From the human T2T-CHM13v2.0 reference genome, Homo sapiens, in NCBI RefSeq assembly GCF_009914755.1, contig NC_060932.1: 64,000 nt of DNA, one strand, 5' to 3'. The translations under genes and the position numbers were made by a program. The notes beneath the pieces were generated by a model, which ran no database searches, was not told where the DNA came from, and saw only the letters and a list, made by a program, of their open reading frames with translations. Of the stretch, positions 15,217 to 30,096 are shown piece by piece; within the stretch, counting starts at the first letter, position 1; the number at the start of each line of letters is the position of its first letter.

Positions 15217-15371
15217 TCACCTGATAGGGTTGTTATAAAGATTAAATAATACAATGCTTCCAAAATGCTTTGCATATAATCTCTTAATTAATAGACACTT
15301 TATATGTTAGTACTTAATATATTATATAACTAATACATAAGTACTTTATATATTAGTTATTATCAATATTA

Positions 15372-15852
<481 letters not shown>

Positions 15853-17044
15853 TTATGTATTTATGATTCTATATACTCTGAAAATGTTTTCAAAAACATT
15901 ACAAATCCTCCAAGCGCTGTTTATGTTTTGACTGGTTTTTGTAGGCTGAGAGTGTAAGCTCAACCTTAGGTGTGAGCAAAAACTTTGGAGATCCCAAGAA
16001 CATAGGTCCCAAAAGCCAATGTACATGTCAGCTTGGTTGTTCAAATCCATGGTCAGCCATGGATTCGTCTTTAAGCCTTAACATTATTCCTAGGGCTAAG
16101 AAGTGCTCATGCATAAATACATATAGATAGGAGAATAAGCTAAGTGGAAGGTCAACTTGTATGTAAAAGTGCAATTGGAAAAAAAAGAAAAAAATATGAT
16201 GTATGGAAGCATATGGTGGGAAAATGGTATATAGAGAGGAAGACAGGGAGGTAGAAGAGTATCCCTTGGGAATATGAACTACTGGGTACTAGGTACTTTG
16301 CATTATTTATCTTTGATGTTCACAGAAACTCTGAAATATAAAGTTTTTTCGGTTCCATATTCCATTTTAAGCACTTTCTATGTATGTATATATATTTAAT
16401 ATCTATCTATTTATCTGTCTGTCTATTTAGTCTAATGCATACATGCTGTGTGTATAATATGGTATCTCATCAGGATTCTTTGTCTGAAAGCAAAAGAAAC
16501 CACCTCTGTCCAATGTATACAAGAAAGGAGTTTATTGGAAGGATATGGGCTAAGCCCTAGACTCTAAGTGCAAGCTATAGAGTCAGGCCTCAGAAAGTCC
16601 AGGCAGCAATCAACACTTAGAACTTCTTCAGGAACCACTGCTGGGACCATTCAGCTCTAACTCTTTTTGGTCCCTGAGTAACTCCTCTCTGGACCCAGTT
16701 TCAAGGGAGAGTGAAAGTCTGGTTGACTTAGCTTAGAGCATGTGCCCTTCCCTTGCCTAGGGGAAAGTGGGGCCCACCAAGTCTGCAAGCAGTAGGGGAG
16801 ATGCGGGTAGTTTTCTAAAGCAAAACGGAGGTGCTGTTACAAAAAGACAGGGGCATGGAAGGCCAGCAGGGAAAATGATGGTTGTGTACTATGCCTAGGT
16901 TCTAATTCCATTTTTGCTACTAATTTCCTGTGTGGACTTAGGTAATTTAATTTCTGTAAGCCTCAGTTTACTCATATGTTAAATGGAGATAGTACTGCCT
17001 GTCCTGGGTTTTTGCAAAGATTAAGTAAAAATAAGTGAAAAATT

Positions 17045-17392
17045 ACAGGTTCACTGTCCTTACCTGAAATCTTAGAAAAAAGAAGTGTTTGGATATTAAG
17101 AATTTTTCAGCTTTTATAAAGGTAATGAGATACACAATACAATGTATATTATGCAACACCCCATTGGGATCTGATTCATCACCTCATAGTCAAACAATAG
17201 TATTTCTGCATCAGATTCATTAGTATGTGCCTGGAGTGGGATAAATTAAAACTACAAATAGTTCTATGCCAGTTTTTGCTGTCAGGCTTGGCTGCCAAGT
17301 GGATTTGCTGCAAGTATGCAAAAAGAAACAAATAAGCCAAAAATTCGGATTTTGGAGCTGTTTGGATTTTGGGACAAGGGATTGTAGATATA
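17045..17392. mobile_element. MER46-like TcMar-Tigger MITE
   Basis: TACAGGTT...AGAAGTGTTTGGAT... and degenerate GGATTTTGG repeats. Confidence 0.5.
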
Positions 17393-18869
17393 TATGGTTT
17401 TTATAGTTCCAGGTTGGCTTCATCCCAAACATTAGCTCTTTATCTTTTCTAGTTGGTCCCCGATTATCTTTTTTCATTTATTCAGATTGAGGAGGAAGAG
17501 ACCAACATGGCTTCCTTCACTCTTTGGAAACCCAGAGAATGGTAGGTTGAAGTGCTGGAAAAGTCAGAGTTCCAATTAGAGGATCTCTCCTCTTAGAATT
17601 TAGCTCTCATTTCTGGGTTGGCACCTGATAGTCATGACCCCAGAGGAGACCAGTGAATCATCCAGTCATGAGGTTTGGAGATGATTCAGCAAGTTCGAAG
17701 TGGTGTCAGGAGTGCTTTTGGCTGAAGTTCTCTAAGGTACTGATTACACATCCAATTATGCAACTGGCCCAGAGGCCCGCATTGTGGTACAACCTTATTC
17801 TCACCCAAACTAAACATGTGAGATGGGGCCTGCACCTGGTACAGCATGATCTCTTGGTAGACCTCAGGCCCTTGAGCCCAGGGAAATGGTTCCTGCCACG
17901 ATGGTTCTCTTTCTTCTCTTTGGAGAATGGAAGATGGACTGACCATCACCTCTGTTCATATTTACTCTTTCAGCATCCTTCTCTTCTTCTGGACTAAGGT
18001 CAAGGATGATTGGGGGACCCAGAAATGATTCCCATCTCATGTCCTCTTGATGTGTTGTCAGACTTCATGGCATGAGAGGGGACTTCTCCAGGATGAATCA
18101 GTTCCTAATGTCCAACACCCAGTAGTTAGAAACTAATTTACATGGAATAAGACATTGTCCTTTGTTCTTGTAGGCAATGCAGTGTACCAGGACTAAAAGT
18201 CATGAGCTTGGGTTCAAGCCTCATTTCTGTTGCTGACCATGAACTTGGCCACTTCACTTTATCTTTTGAGCTTCATTTTTATCAACTGAGTTGGGGAGAA
18301 GAGGAGGCTCCATTAGCTTCAATATTCTACAATTATTTTTGAGAATGCTATCTGTGAACTGCTTCCCTTTCACTCTCCATTCATCCAACACACAGTCTCT
18401 GCTCTTAGCTTATGTTGTAGTGTGATAAGGCAGAAACATTCTTAAGAGAGGAAATGGGAGATAGTGGTAGGTGCTGCAATATGCTACCATGACAACATTA
18501 GATGGTGGTCAGGAAAGAATCCTTGGAGGGAGGTGACATTTGAGAAGAAACCTGATAATGGCTCAGCAATATTTGTTGAATGAATTGATGAACAAGAAGG
18601 AATCAGCCATAGAAATATGTGGAGGAAGAACGTTCTAGGCAGAGGCAACAAAAATGTAAAGATTCTGAGGTGGGAATGGCTTTGGCATATTTGAACACTA
18701 GAAAGAGGGCAGTGGAGCTGAAGAACAGTGTGTAGACTGAGTGCTTGGAGAGAAAGTCAGACATAACTGAACAGGGGCTTTATAGATCATGTTAAGGAGT
18801 TAGGTTTTATATTAAGGGTGAAGGGAAACCAATGGCAGAGTAATATAATCTGATTTACCCTTAAAAATA

Positions 18870-19520
18870 CATCATGCAATGTGATATCACTTCTTACCCG
18901 CTAAAAGGGCCAAATTAAAAAAGACAGACAATACCAAGTGTGGTTGAGGATGTGGAGCAACCAAAACTCTCATACACTGCTGGTGAAAATAGAGATGGGT
19001 ATGACAAGTTTGGGAAACTGATTAGCTGTATCTGTAAAGCTGAATATAGGTACATCCTACCACTCAGCAGTTTCATTCCTAGTTATATTTTCAATAGATA
19101 CGTGTATATATGTTGACTAAAAGATATACCTAAGAATGTTCATAATAACCCTAAATGGGAAACTACGTAAACTCTCATACTCTTATTAAGAGTTGAACAG
19201 GTACCTGAATTGTGGGATGGTCATATAGTTGAATACTATATGCAACAACAATGAACAAGCTAAAAGTACACACAACATCATGGGTGAATTTCACAAACTT
19301 AACATTGCATAAGGGAAACCAGTTTGAAAAGTTCAAACAATCTAATTCCATTTATATGGAGTTCAGAAATAGGCATAACTGATCTGAGGTGTTGAAAGTC
19401 AGGATAGTGGTTACCTTTGGAGAGTCTAGTGACAGGAAGGGGGTGTGAAGGGGCCATGTAGGATCCTTTAATGTCTGGTGTCTTGACCTGGATGCTGGTT
19501 ACATGTATTTGGTGCTTTGT
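18870..19520 (+). mobile_element. L1ME-type 3' end fragment
   Basis: GAGGATGTGGAGCAACC...TCATACACTGCTGGT...GTCAGGATAGTGGTTACCTTTGG. Confidence 0.7.
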
Positions 19521-21579
19521 CTAATCTTGCTTCTACCCCTGCTTCCCCAGGCCAAATGGGCCTTGAGCCTAGAGAGATGAAGTGAAGAATGTAGGAGAAT
19601 ATTTCTCCTTGGCCACCGTAGACCACAATCTGCTTTCACGTTTACTATCACAGTTTTCTCAAGAGTGTTGGGCAAATGAAATTTACCCATTTTATAGGCA
19701 AGGACATCATAGCTTAGTGACCTGCCCAAGGGGCTGTGCCTCATACAGTAAGAGTCAGACTGCAAGCCCAGGTCCTTGGATGCTCTTCATGAGGCCTGCT
19801 GGTATTTTTATTTCTCCACACTGCTTCTCTGGACCGGACCAACTGGTCTCCTGACCTCCATCTAGCTTCATGACTAGGAAATGCTACATTTGCCTTTGAG
19901 TCTTGAAACGAATCCAAGAAACTCCAGCATTTTGACCATTATCTTTGTTTATATAGCCTTATCTTGTGAACTACTTTTTTAAAAAAGCAATGCTTCTAAT
20001 TGAGGAGATAAAAATATTATAAGTTGAAAAAAAAAACCCCACAGGTTGGAGTCCCATTAAACTCTGGAGGACAAACGATGGTGTTCATTGTTAGATTTTC
20101 TCAGCTCTACTGCATGGGCATATGGCATTCTGTGTGACACATTTTTGCTTTAACCACAAAATTTCATGAATTTTCAGTCACTGAATAATGAAATTAATCA
20201 TCATTGCAGACAAAAAGAAGGGGGCAATTTTGAAGGTAAAACTATTTCCTTGAAAATGTATTGAGAAACAAAGCACTTGACCACATTCACGGGGACTGAG
20301 CCCTCAGGGGATAAGTGTCCAGAGCCTTAGGCATAGAAGAGCAAGTCATTCTGTTCCCATGGGATAAGAAGCTGGTGGCCAAGCATCCAAGGTTTATTTA
20401 GTCTCTGGTTCTATATATCTACAGCCATGGCTAGTAGCCAGGCACTGTTAACAGGCCATAAGATAGTTCTTTTTGCCCTTTGAAGACAACAGGAGGTTTG
20501 GGGGCAACAAGGAAAATCACAGTCCCACTGAGTGCCTACCGGGTGCACCCTCTGCTTCCATTTTATTTGATGTCTGATCAAGTGGAGGCTGTTTATAACC
20601 CCACACATAGGGAACTCAGGGATCTGGAAGTGAAGTCAGAATTCTTTGAGGTGGGAAACCACTGAAGGGATTTAAAGAAAGAAGTCATCTGGCTAGGTCT
20701 GTCTTTTAGAGAAATAAGTGGGTTTATTCCTCCCCACCCCTGCTAGGATTGCCCCTTCAATCCATACTCCTGGTGGTGGCAATGGGGAGAGTGAGCTGGA
20801 AGAGGAGAGGATGGAGCCAGGGAGAACAGTGAGAGGGCTTCTTTTTATAGTCTGGGTGAGAGATCATTGCATCCCCAGCCAATGCATCCATGAGGCAGTG
20901 CCAACTCTTCCTTCCCATCCTTTCTGCTGCCATCGTTATACATTTTACCTCTATATGTTATTTCTCTTGCCATTCATCTTTATTATTTCTCTTAACATTC
21001 ATATGATCATCTTAGGTGTTTCCTCCTCCTCCAGCCTTGAGAAGGAGGAGAATACAATAATTTCAGAAGTGTAATTTGGGCACCTATGTCTCTGTGGCAT
21101 TGGATGACTTGCCTAGAATCTTTATTCAGGTTGGAAGATCTGGAGGGCAACTGCTTTAGGTTGGGTGAGGTCCCAGCCTACCTTACAAAGGAGTTGAGTA
21201 TGGTGTGGTCTCATCATCACCTCTAGTGAGGAGCTGGGGACAAGGACAAGTGCCCATACCCTCTGTGATGGACACAGAGATATGAGGCCTTGGTACATTC
21301 TTTCCCAAGGATCCCTGGAGTGAGGAAGAGGAGGGAGAGGAAGGGGGATGGAGAATTACATGGTCCCAGCCTACCTTGTGAAGCAGTTGAGTGGTGAAGG
21401 AGCTGGCACAAGGTAGCAAAAACTTGGACATCTTCATCCCATCTCATATTCTCCTTTTTACAGGTGGAGAAGTGAAGGGCCAGAGGAAGGAAGTGAATTA
21501 TAATCGCCATCATTACAAGTTGCTGAGTGCTGGCTACCTTGTGACAACTACCTCTTTCAATCCTTGCCCTGTGAGGGAG

Positions 21580-22015
21580 CATATTAATTTTCTGTGGCTA
21601 CTGTAACAAATTACCTCAAACTTGGTGGCTTAAAACAATTGATTGTTAAAAACAAATAGCAATTGATTATCTCAAATTTCTGGAGGCCAGAAGTCCAAAA
21701 TCGAGGTATTGGCGGGCCACATTCCCTCCAGAGGCTCTAGGGGAGAATTCCTCCTTGGCTCTTTCAGCTTTGAGTGGCTTCAGGCATCCCTTGGCCTGTG
21801 GGCTGCGTAACTTCAATCTCTGCCTTGGTCTGCACATGTATGTGTATGTCTCCGATCTCCCTCTGCTTTCCTGAAGACACTTGTCATTGGATTTAGGGTC
21901 CTCCCAGTAATCCAGGATGATCTCACCTTGAGATCCTTTACTTAGTTACACTTGCAAAGACCTTCTTTTTTTTTTCAAATATGGTGAGATCGTTTTGGAG
22001 GGAGCATCATTCAGC
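21580..22015 (-). mobile_element. MLT1A-C MaLR LTR
   Basis: CTGTAACAAATTACCTCAAACTTGGTGGCTTAAAACAA...GGAGGCCAGAAGTCC...CATTGGATTTAGGG. Confidence 0.8.
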
Positions 22016-22712
22016 TCAGTGCAGGGTGATGTCATCATCATCTCCATTTTACTGAAAAAGACATTGAAGCTCAGAGAGGTGAAGGGTCCTTCCCAGGGCT
22101 ACACAGTCAGCAGATGGCAGAGATGGGCTCCATGGCCATTGCTCTTTGCAGTACACTGTATTTGATAACAGTAATGGTAATAATGGCTAACCCTGACCAC
22201 ACTCAGATATATTAATTCAGTTAATCCCCTGAAAAATGCTATGAGAAGGGAAGTATTATCATAGTCCCCACTTTAGAGATTAGGAAACAGAGGAACAGAG
22301 AGGTTGATTAATTTTCCCATGGCCACACAGCAGCGAAGAGCAGAGCCAGGGTTGAACTCCAGGCACATTGGCTCCGAATCTGACATCAAAGGTCACCACA
22401 CAAACCATTGTCCGAATTGTTTTCAGTGGTGGCTGGTGAGTTTTAAAAAGGGTTCTGGAAGATGGGCCCCTATGATCCAATGGGGGAAGGCAGACTGTAG
22501 GCAAGATGGGAGAGATTTGGGAAACACTTGCAGGAAGGGACACTTTTCTGTGACTCAGGAGACACTTTTCTATGACTCACTCTTCAGTGGCTCTCTAGGT
22601 TCTTTCACCTCCTGGCTGGTGGCCCTGGGACAAACTTCCCCTTCCTCATGCAGATAGTGCGGGCATCCTGGGTCAGCCAAGCTAGGAGCTGACCTCTTGC
22701 TTCCTTGCTTCA

Positions 22713-22772
22713 CCCCTTCAGCGATGTCCAATCCCCTTCAGTGATGTCCAATCCCCTTCAGTGATGTCCAAT
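22713..22772. repeat. 20-bp tandem repeat x3
   Basis: CCCCTTCAG(C/T)GATGTCCAAT x3. Confidence 0.95.
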
Positions 22773-24734
22773 CGGTCAATTGGATCCACTTTGTGATCCA
22801 TTCTCTGTGAATCCTGCCTCCTTGTTTCAGGTCCCCTCTCCTCCCTTTGCTTCCCATTGTTACTGTAAGTGGCCAAAGCTCGTCATCTCTCCCAGGGATG
22901 GGAATGGCTGGGATCCGCACTCTCTAGGCTTCTCCATCCTTCCCCCAGCTGCCTGCAGCACTCACTGGGGCAAAGACTGTCGCCATGACCATTCCACCCC
23001 TTCCCCATATGCATTCCCCATGCCATCCTACAAACACATCTTCTCTCTCATTTGTGCATCCTAAATGCCTGGACTGCCATCATTCATTCATTCATGCATT
23101 CATGCATTCAACATGTATTGCTGATTGCCTGCTTTGTGTCAGGTACCAGGGAAACAGACATGAATGATGAACAGGGCAAACATGTTCTCTGTCTGCATGG
23201 ATCTTCCATTTGGTTTGGGACATCAACTAAGTAAACTCAGAAAGTAAATAAACAATAAATAATGATGATAAAATGGATGAAGGGAAGAAACAAGGGGTGA
23301 GAGAGAATAATGTGGTGGGTGGGGTGGGGGCTCCTTTTGATAGGGTGGTCAGGAAGGGTGCTGCAGAGGTGCCGGAAGGGTCTTGCAATGATTGAATGTC
23401 ATGTAGGGAAGCCCTTAGCATCCTGTCTGATGCAGAGTAAGTAGGCAATAAATGTCAGCCATTGTCACTCACAGATTCATTCATTCAACAAAAATCTTCT
23501 GAGGGCTAATTGTTACGCTCATGTGCATAAACGCCAGTGATCTCAGTCCCAGGTGGAGAATGATCTCGGTTCCCTCAACCCCATTAGCATTCTTAGTTTT
23601 GCTTTTCAGATAAGTAAGCCAAATAAATCCATAGGCAAAGTGGGAATTAATTCTGTTTTCTTCTCCAACACTCCATGAAAGATAAATGTCTCAGAGGCCC
23701 TGCTAATGAATTCCAATGCTTTTCTCCTTGGTCTTATCTTCAGCATAGATGTCGCTACATTTCTTCCCTTAAAGGCTCTTTCAGAAGGTTTTGATTTTGC
23801 TGTTGCCCTGAGGTGGCCCTCTTGCCTGTGACTGTGGACAGGGCTGACAGGTCTTTTGGGGAAATGGCATAGGCAGCTGCTGATTTTGAATAGGACAGAC
23901 CTCTATGCCTGCGTCTTCCTCACTTACAAACACCTCAGATTCTTGAATCCCCGTTTGTGTCCTCAAAGCACCATTTTCTGGACCACTGACTTGTTATGGG
24001 AGGGTTACTGGGGAATTCTGGATCGCAGGCCCTGGCATTCTAATTAAATCAAACAAGTGAAATGAAGAGGAAAAGAGGCTCATGGATATCTTTAGGAAAA
24101 ACAAAACCCAAATTCCCCACATGAAGAGAATGACGTGGTATTTGAACAGGAGCCTAGAATTCCTATAAGACTGCGTGAGAGCTGACATTTCCGAACCAGA
24201 CCCCACCCACATCCCAGCACCCTCCACATTGGCTTCTGCTTTAACATACAGCCTCCCATGACGTCACCCCAAAGGCGTATGTTGGCCAGATTGAGAACAG
24301 GACCTTGTGGGTAACATTGTGCCAACAGATTAGTCTTCTTATGAAATTTCTTATGCCTGGCCCTGGGCCTCTCTTCATGGACCCTAATTCCTTCTCCAGT
24401 GGTATTTGGTGAATGTTGCTCACCTTGGACTTTTGGGAAGGTAATTGGAAGCTATGTTTTGTCTATATTGGCCTGTAGTCCTTGGAATCCATTAAAAAAT
24501 TGCTAGTCCCTATGAAATGGTTTAGTTCGGTTCAATACATATTTGCTTAGCATCTTCTTGGTGGCAGGTCCCATGCAAGAAGTGGGGGATAGAGGGATGA
24601 AAGACACAGTCCTCAGCCATGAGATGCCCTTGATGAAATGTGGGACATGAGGTGAGTCAGTGTCATGGTGGCCCAGCCTGGGGCAGAGTGGGCTGAGGAC
24701 TCTCCAAGAATGGCTTCTTGGGGGCAGATAGCAT

Positions 24735-25172
24735 CTGCGGTGGGTCAACTGGTGCTTGCCCCCAAATTCATGTCCACTCAGAACCTTAGAATGTGACCTT
24801 ACTTGGAAATCGAGTCTTTGCAGATATAATTAAGTTAAGAATCAAGATGAGACCATGCTGGGAAGGGGGGCCCTAAATCCAATGAGAATGTCCTCATAAA
24901 GAAAATGGCACAGAAAGAGAAGGCCGTGGGAGGACTCAGGCAGATGGGAGTGAAGCAGCGGTAAGCCAAGGAAAGTCAAAGATGGTTAGAACCAGCAGAA
25001 GCCAGGAAGAGGCGAGGAAGGATTTCTTCCTAGAGCCTTCAGAGGGAGCTCAGCCCTGCTGACACTTTGATTTTGAACTTCTAGCCTCTAGAACTGTAAA
25101 AGAATCAATTGCTGTTGTTTCAAGCCACCCAGTTTGTGGTACTTTGTAACAGCAGTCCCAGGAAACAAATAC
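24735..25172 (+). mobile_element. MLT1B/C MaLR LTR
   Basis: AATGTGACCTTACTTGGAAAT...TCTTTGCAGAT...TTTCAAGCCACCCAGTTTGTGGTACTTTG...AAATACA. Confidence 0.82.
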
Positions 25173-26260
25173 AGTATGGAAGCATCTGAGATGAGCCATT
25201 GGAGTCTTGCCATTGCTTTCCTGCCCCTTTCCTTGTTCCAGCACATCAGGCTGGGAGACATCCACTGCTCTGTGAGCTCCTGGGTAGTAAGAGCCTCACC
25301 CTACTCCACCACTCCCACATTTAATGTGATGTCTGATGCATAGGAGTCTATGGCCAATATTTGTTGAATGCATGAATAACCGAGTGTGTGAATGAATGAA
25401 TAAGTAGAAGAGTAGTACTAACAAGGGTGGACAAGTTAGCTGGTGGAGATAAAAGGGCCACCCTTACAGTCAGGGTAACTGCAAAATTAAAACCTTCTGA
25501 AAGGGGCTGTAAGGTGGACCAAGCTGCACGAAGCAGGTCCTCCGGCATGAAAAGCCATGGCCGCTGCTGTGGAGGGGCTGTTCTCAGTCATCTGCTTCAA
25601 TGGCTGATCCTTGGTAAAAGTGGATATTTAGGAATGTTTTGCACTGGGGATTTGCAGACTAGGCAGCAATCAGGATAAGGAGAAGGGCCGAAATAGAAAG
25701 GAGGAGAAGAGAACCGAGCTGTGTCCATTGTCTACTCTATGGTAGACACTGTCCTGTGTCCGTTAATGTCCATGATCTTTCTCTCTGTCCTTGAAACAGT
25801 TCATCAGGGAGGTAAAAATTCCTTCACTTTACAGATGTGGAAGCTGAGGTGCAGAGAGGTGAAACCTGTCAAAAGTAATACTGCCAGTAAGTGGTAGAAC
25901 TGCCAAACTCGAATGGAGCCCAGGTCTCTTTTGCTCCCAAGTTTGTGTTCTCTGCAGTACAACATGCTGCTTCTGCCAATAAGTGATTGTTGGGAAGGGA
26001 AATTGGCGTACCTCGGCTGAAAAAGGCTTTAATGTCGCCCAAGTCCAGGGGACTGGAGGAGGAATTCTCTGAAAAATGATCTAAGAAGATAGCACCTTGG
26101 CAGAGATCTGGGGATCCTGATCATCCGAAGGCCATCTGCTCTATGCTTTCAGCTGGTCTTGAATAAGGTTCTCTGCGTAAAAATCCATATTATTTTCTTC
26201 CTGTCATATTTTACTACTCTAGGCTATGTTTTTCATTGTTCTCAGATAGAACTGCAATCA

Positions 26261-26556
26261 TTTTTTTTTTTTTTTTTTGAGACTGGGTCTCTCTCTGTTG
26301 CCCATCCTGGAGTGCAGAGGTGCAATCACAGCACCCTCGACCTCCTGGGCTCAGCTGATCCGCCCATCTCAGCCTCCAGAGTAACTGGGACTACAGGTCC
26401 CACCACCATGCCTGGATAATTTTTGTATCTTTTTTGTAGAGACGGGGTTTCACCACGTTACCCATGCTGGTTTTGAACTCCTGGGCTCAAGTGATCCACC
26501 CACCTCGGCCTCCCAAAGTGCTAGGATTATACAGGTGGGAGCCACTGCGCCTGGCC
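26261..26556 (-). mobile_element. AluJ
   Basis: Reverse Alu; TSD TGCAATCATTTTT. Confidence 0.92.
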
Positions 26557-28520
26557 TTGCAATCATTTTTAAAGGTTAGACACCATGTAGGTTTCTATCT
26601 GATTTAAACCCCCAGTTTGTTTGATAATTTTGCCCTTGTTTTCACCCCTTAGCAGCCTGGACACCCCGATGATGTTTGGGACCCATTCACTCATGCATCC
26701 ATTCATTCATCCTACAAGCATGTGAGCATCGTCTGCCAAACACTGACTGAGCCTGTCCTGGGAGTTCAAACAGCATGAAGCCTCTGTCCTTGCCCCCTTC
26801 AAGTGCTCCCACTCCAGACTGATTCAGTAAGTCCCTATTGTGCTTCAATGTGACAGGGGCTAGAATCAAGGGAGGGATCCTGGGTAGAAAGTTTGGAGAA
26901 GGCTCCACAGAGGAGGTGAGGGTCAAGTAGGAGTTCACTAGGAAGGGTAGGGAAAGGCGTCATAGCAGAGGGACTAACGTGCAAAGGCACAGAGGCATGA
27001 TGTGCGTGGTTTACTGGGGCTAGGGGAGGACCCAGACATCCTGGGCAGGATGACGTGTTTGAGTAAAACCAGTCACAGTCCTTGTCCCCTGGGACATGAC
27101 AGGCTTTTGTTATAGGTGGGAAAGGTAAATTCAGCCTATGCTGGGACTTTGGTTTTAAGAAGTAGATACTTGGGCCTTTGTGCTGTTACCAGAAAGAGTG
27201 AATACTGAAGAGGTTAAGGCAGGTTCATAGGATGGGGCCACCTGGAGGGGTACTGGAGGTTCCAGGCCGGGAGGGTTCACCCTAGGAGCCACCACTGCTT
27301 ATGGGCAGAGTATCCGGAGGGTCTCAAAGGGCAGAGTATCAGGAATTGTCTCAAAGAGAGGAGCCAGGATTCCAGTGACTCTGTCCTGCTGGGGCCATGT
27401 CCTTCTGCCAGGGAATGACCCGATGCAGTAACTAGCTGGTCATGCCCTGGCCAGTGAGTGGTCTGATGGAGGCCTCAGGACAGCCAGGCCTTCTTTTAAG
27501 ATGCTGGCTAGGAGTCAGGTGGGTTGTGCGGTGCTGAATGCCACAGTCTCCCCAGGTCCTGCTCCCCACTGCCCCATCTCCCTGCTTCAGTTCCTTCCTG
27601 CCATCGCTGTTTTCTCTGCTGGCTCCTTCTCCTCTGCTCACTGCTTTGCACTGGCATGGGGTGTTTGATCTTTGTGTTTTCTTGCTGAGCCCTTTACTTC
27701 AATTTCTCTCTTTTCCCTCATTGCCTGTTGAGATGATTAGCCAGGCTGTTTGACATTTTTCACTTAGAGCGTTTCAGTTTAACGGCTGCTGGCTAAATAT
27801 ATTTTGACCTCAGCCATGGGCTGTGACTCTCTCCCCAGCCAGTGAGGCCAACGAAGCCTTGTGCCAAAACCATCTCTCTTTCTTTCTGGGCTGAGACTGT
27901 CCTTGGCAGGTTGGAGAGGAGCCCTCATATTCTGCAGATTATTTTGCAACCTAATTCAGATAATGGGTTTGGCTGCTGGGATGTCCAGGTGTGTGGATTC
28001 GTTGGCCATGCAGGCGTCTTCTTTGACACACAAAGCTGGCCTGCGATGTGTCTGGCCCTAGTGCCATCTTTCTTTATAAATCCCAGGAGGCAATTTATGT
28101 AGTTCTTTTGTACCCCAGGGTGACTTGGACAAGCTGTAAGTAGCCACAGACTCTGACGTCTTATTAAATATTGGACTGAGACTAAAGGAAAAGATAGTCA
28201 AGGGATTAGCAAGCCTCCAACAGAAGGATTTTTGGAGGCCAAAGAAGGCATTTATAGACAAGACTCCCATTTCTAATTCCAGGCAGATAGGGTGCCCTGG
28301 ATAAAGCCCTTTGCCCACCAGGCTTGACCCAGGTGGGCCATGTGATTTTGTACCCCACCGAGACTTGCCAGGCTCAGTTCAGGGTGGGTCAGGGGAAAGA
28401 AAGAGGGAAGGACAGAATGACTCCGAGCAGAGGATCTGGGGCACGGGAACTAGTGCCTCAACATGTTTACCTCTGAATTTGTGATGGAGATCTCAGAGAC
28501 GATGTAGATTCAGCCTCTTC

Positions 28521-28629
28521 ATTCATTTACTAATTCATTAATTCATTTACTAATTCATTAATTCATTGACTAATTCATTAATTCACTTACTAATTCATTA
28601 ATTCACTTACTAATTCATTAATTCATTTA
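28521..28629. repeat. 20-bp AT-rich minisatellite x5.4 at an L2 tail
   Basis: ATTCA(T/C)T(T/G)ACTAATTCATTA repeated. Confidence 0.93.
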
Positions 28630-28768
28630 TCATGTGTTTATGGAAGATCTATAATGTATGTGGCAGACACTGAGGGCAGCCCTGGGAATGCGGAGATGAA
28701 CAGGACAGAATAAGAAGTCTAGAGGTGAAAACAGAGATCAAATAATTACGAATAGGATAAGAGTCTCA

Positions 28769-29120
<352 letters not shown>

Positions 29121-29472
29121 GGGGAATGATAGGGGTATTTAATAGGAAAGCTGACCCAAACTGGAGTGGGGGAAGCATGGAAGACACCCCTGATGCTGTG
29201 ACTCTTAATCTGGTGTGCAAGGGCCTCAGGCCAAGGCCCTGAGGAAAGAGAGGAGGGTGTAAAGTAAAGAAGGATGGCTGGGCCTGAGACAACTTCAAGG
29301 AGTGAGGGTGGCAAAAGATGAGGCCAGAGAGATAGGTGGGTGCTGGATTAGGGAATGAACTAGAAGCTACATAAAGGATTGGGGGCTTTATGCAAAGGTC
29401 TCTGAGAAGCCATGGAATCATTTTAAGCATGGGCGTAACATGATCAGGTCTGTGTTTTAAAAAGATCACTCT

Positions 29473-29845
<373 letters not shown>

Positions 29846-30096
29846 TCAGATGAGGATGGCTTGAGTTGGGGAAGCACCAGTGAAGATGGAGAAGCTGGAG
29901 GTGTTTGTGATCTATTTCCCAGGGGTGTTGCAGACAGGACCTGTTGATGGGTTATGTGAAGGGTGGGTGGTCAGGGAAGGAAGGCATCTTTGAGCAGAGA
30001 CCTGGGGGCGTTGAGGGAGTGAACCATGTGGGTATGATGTGTGGGGCAAATGTTTTCAAGGGGAGGGCACAGCAAGTGTGAAAAAGAAAGAGGGGA

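Noticed and set aside
28521-28629. Short direct-repeat arrays (also 22713-22772 and 1687-1764) as CRISPR-like
   Set aside because: Head-to-tail repeats without spacers, in a primate genome with no cas genes.
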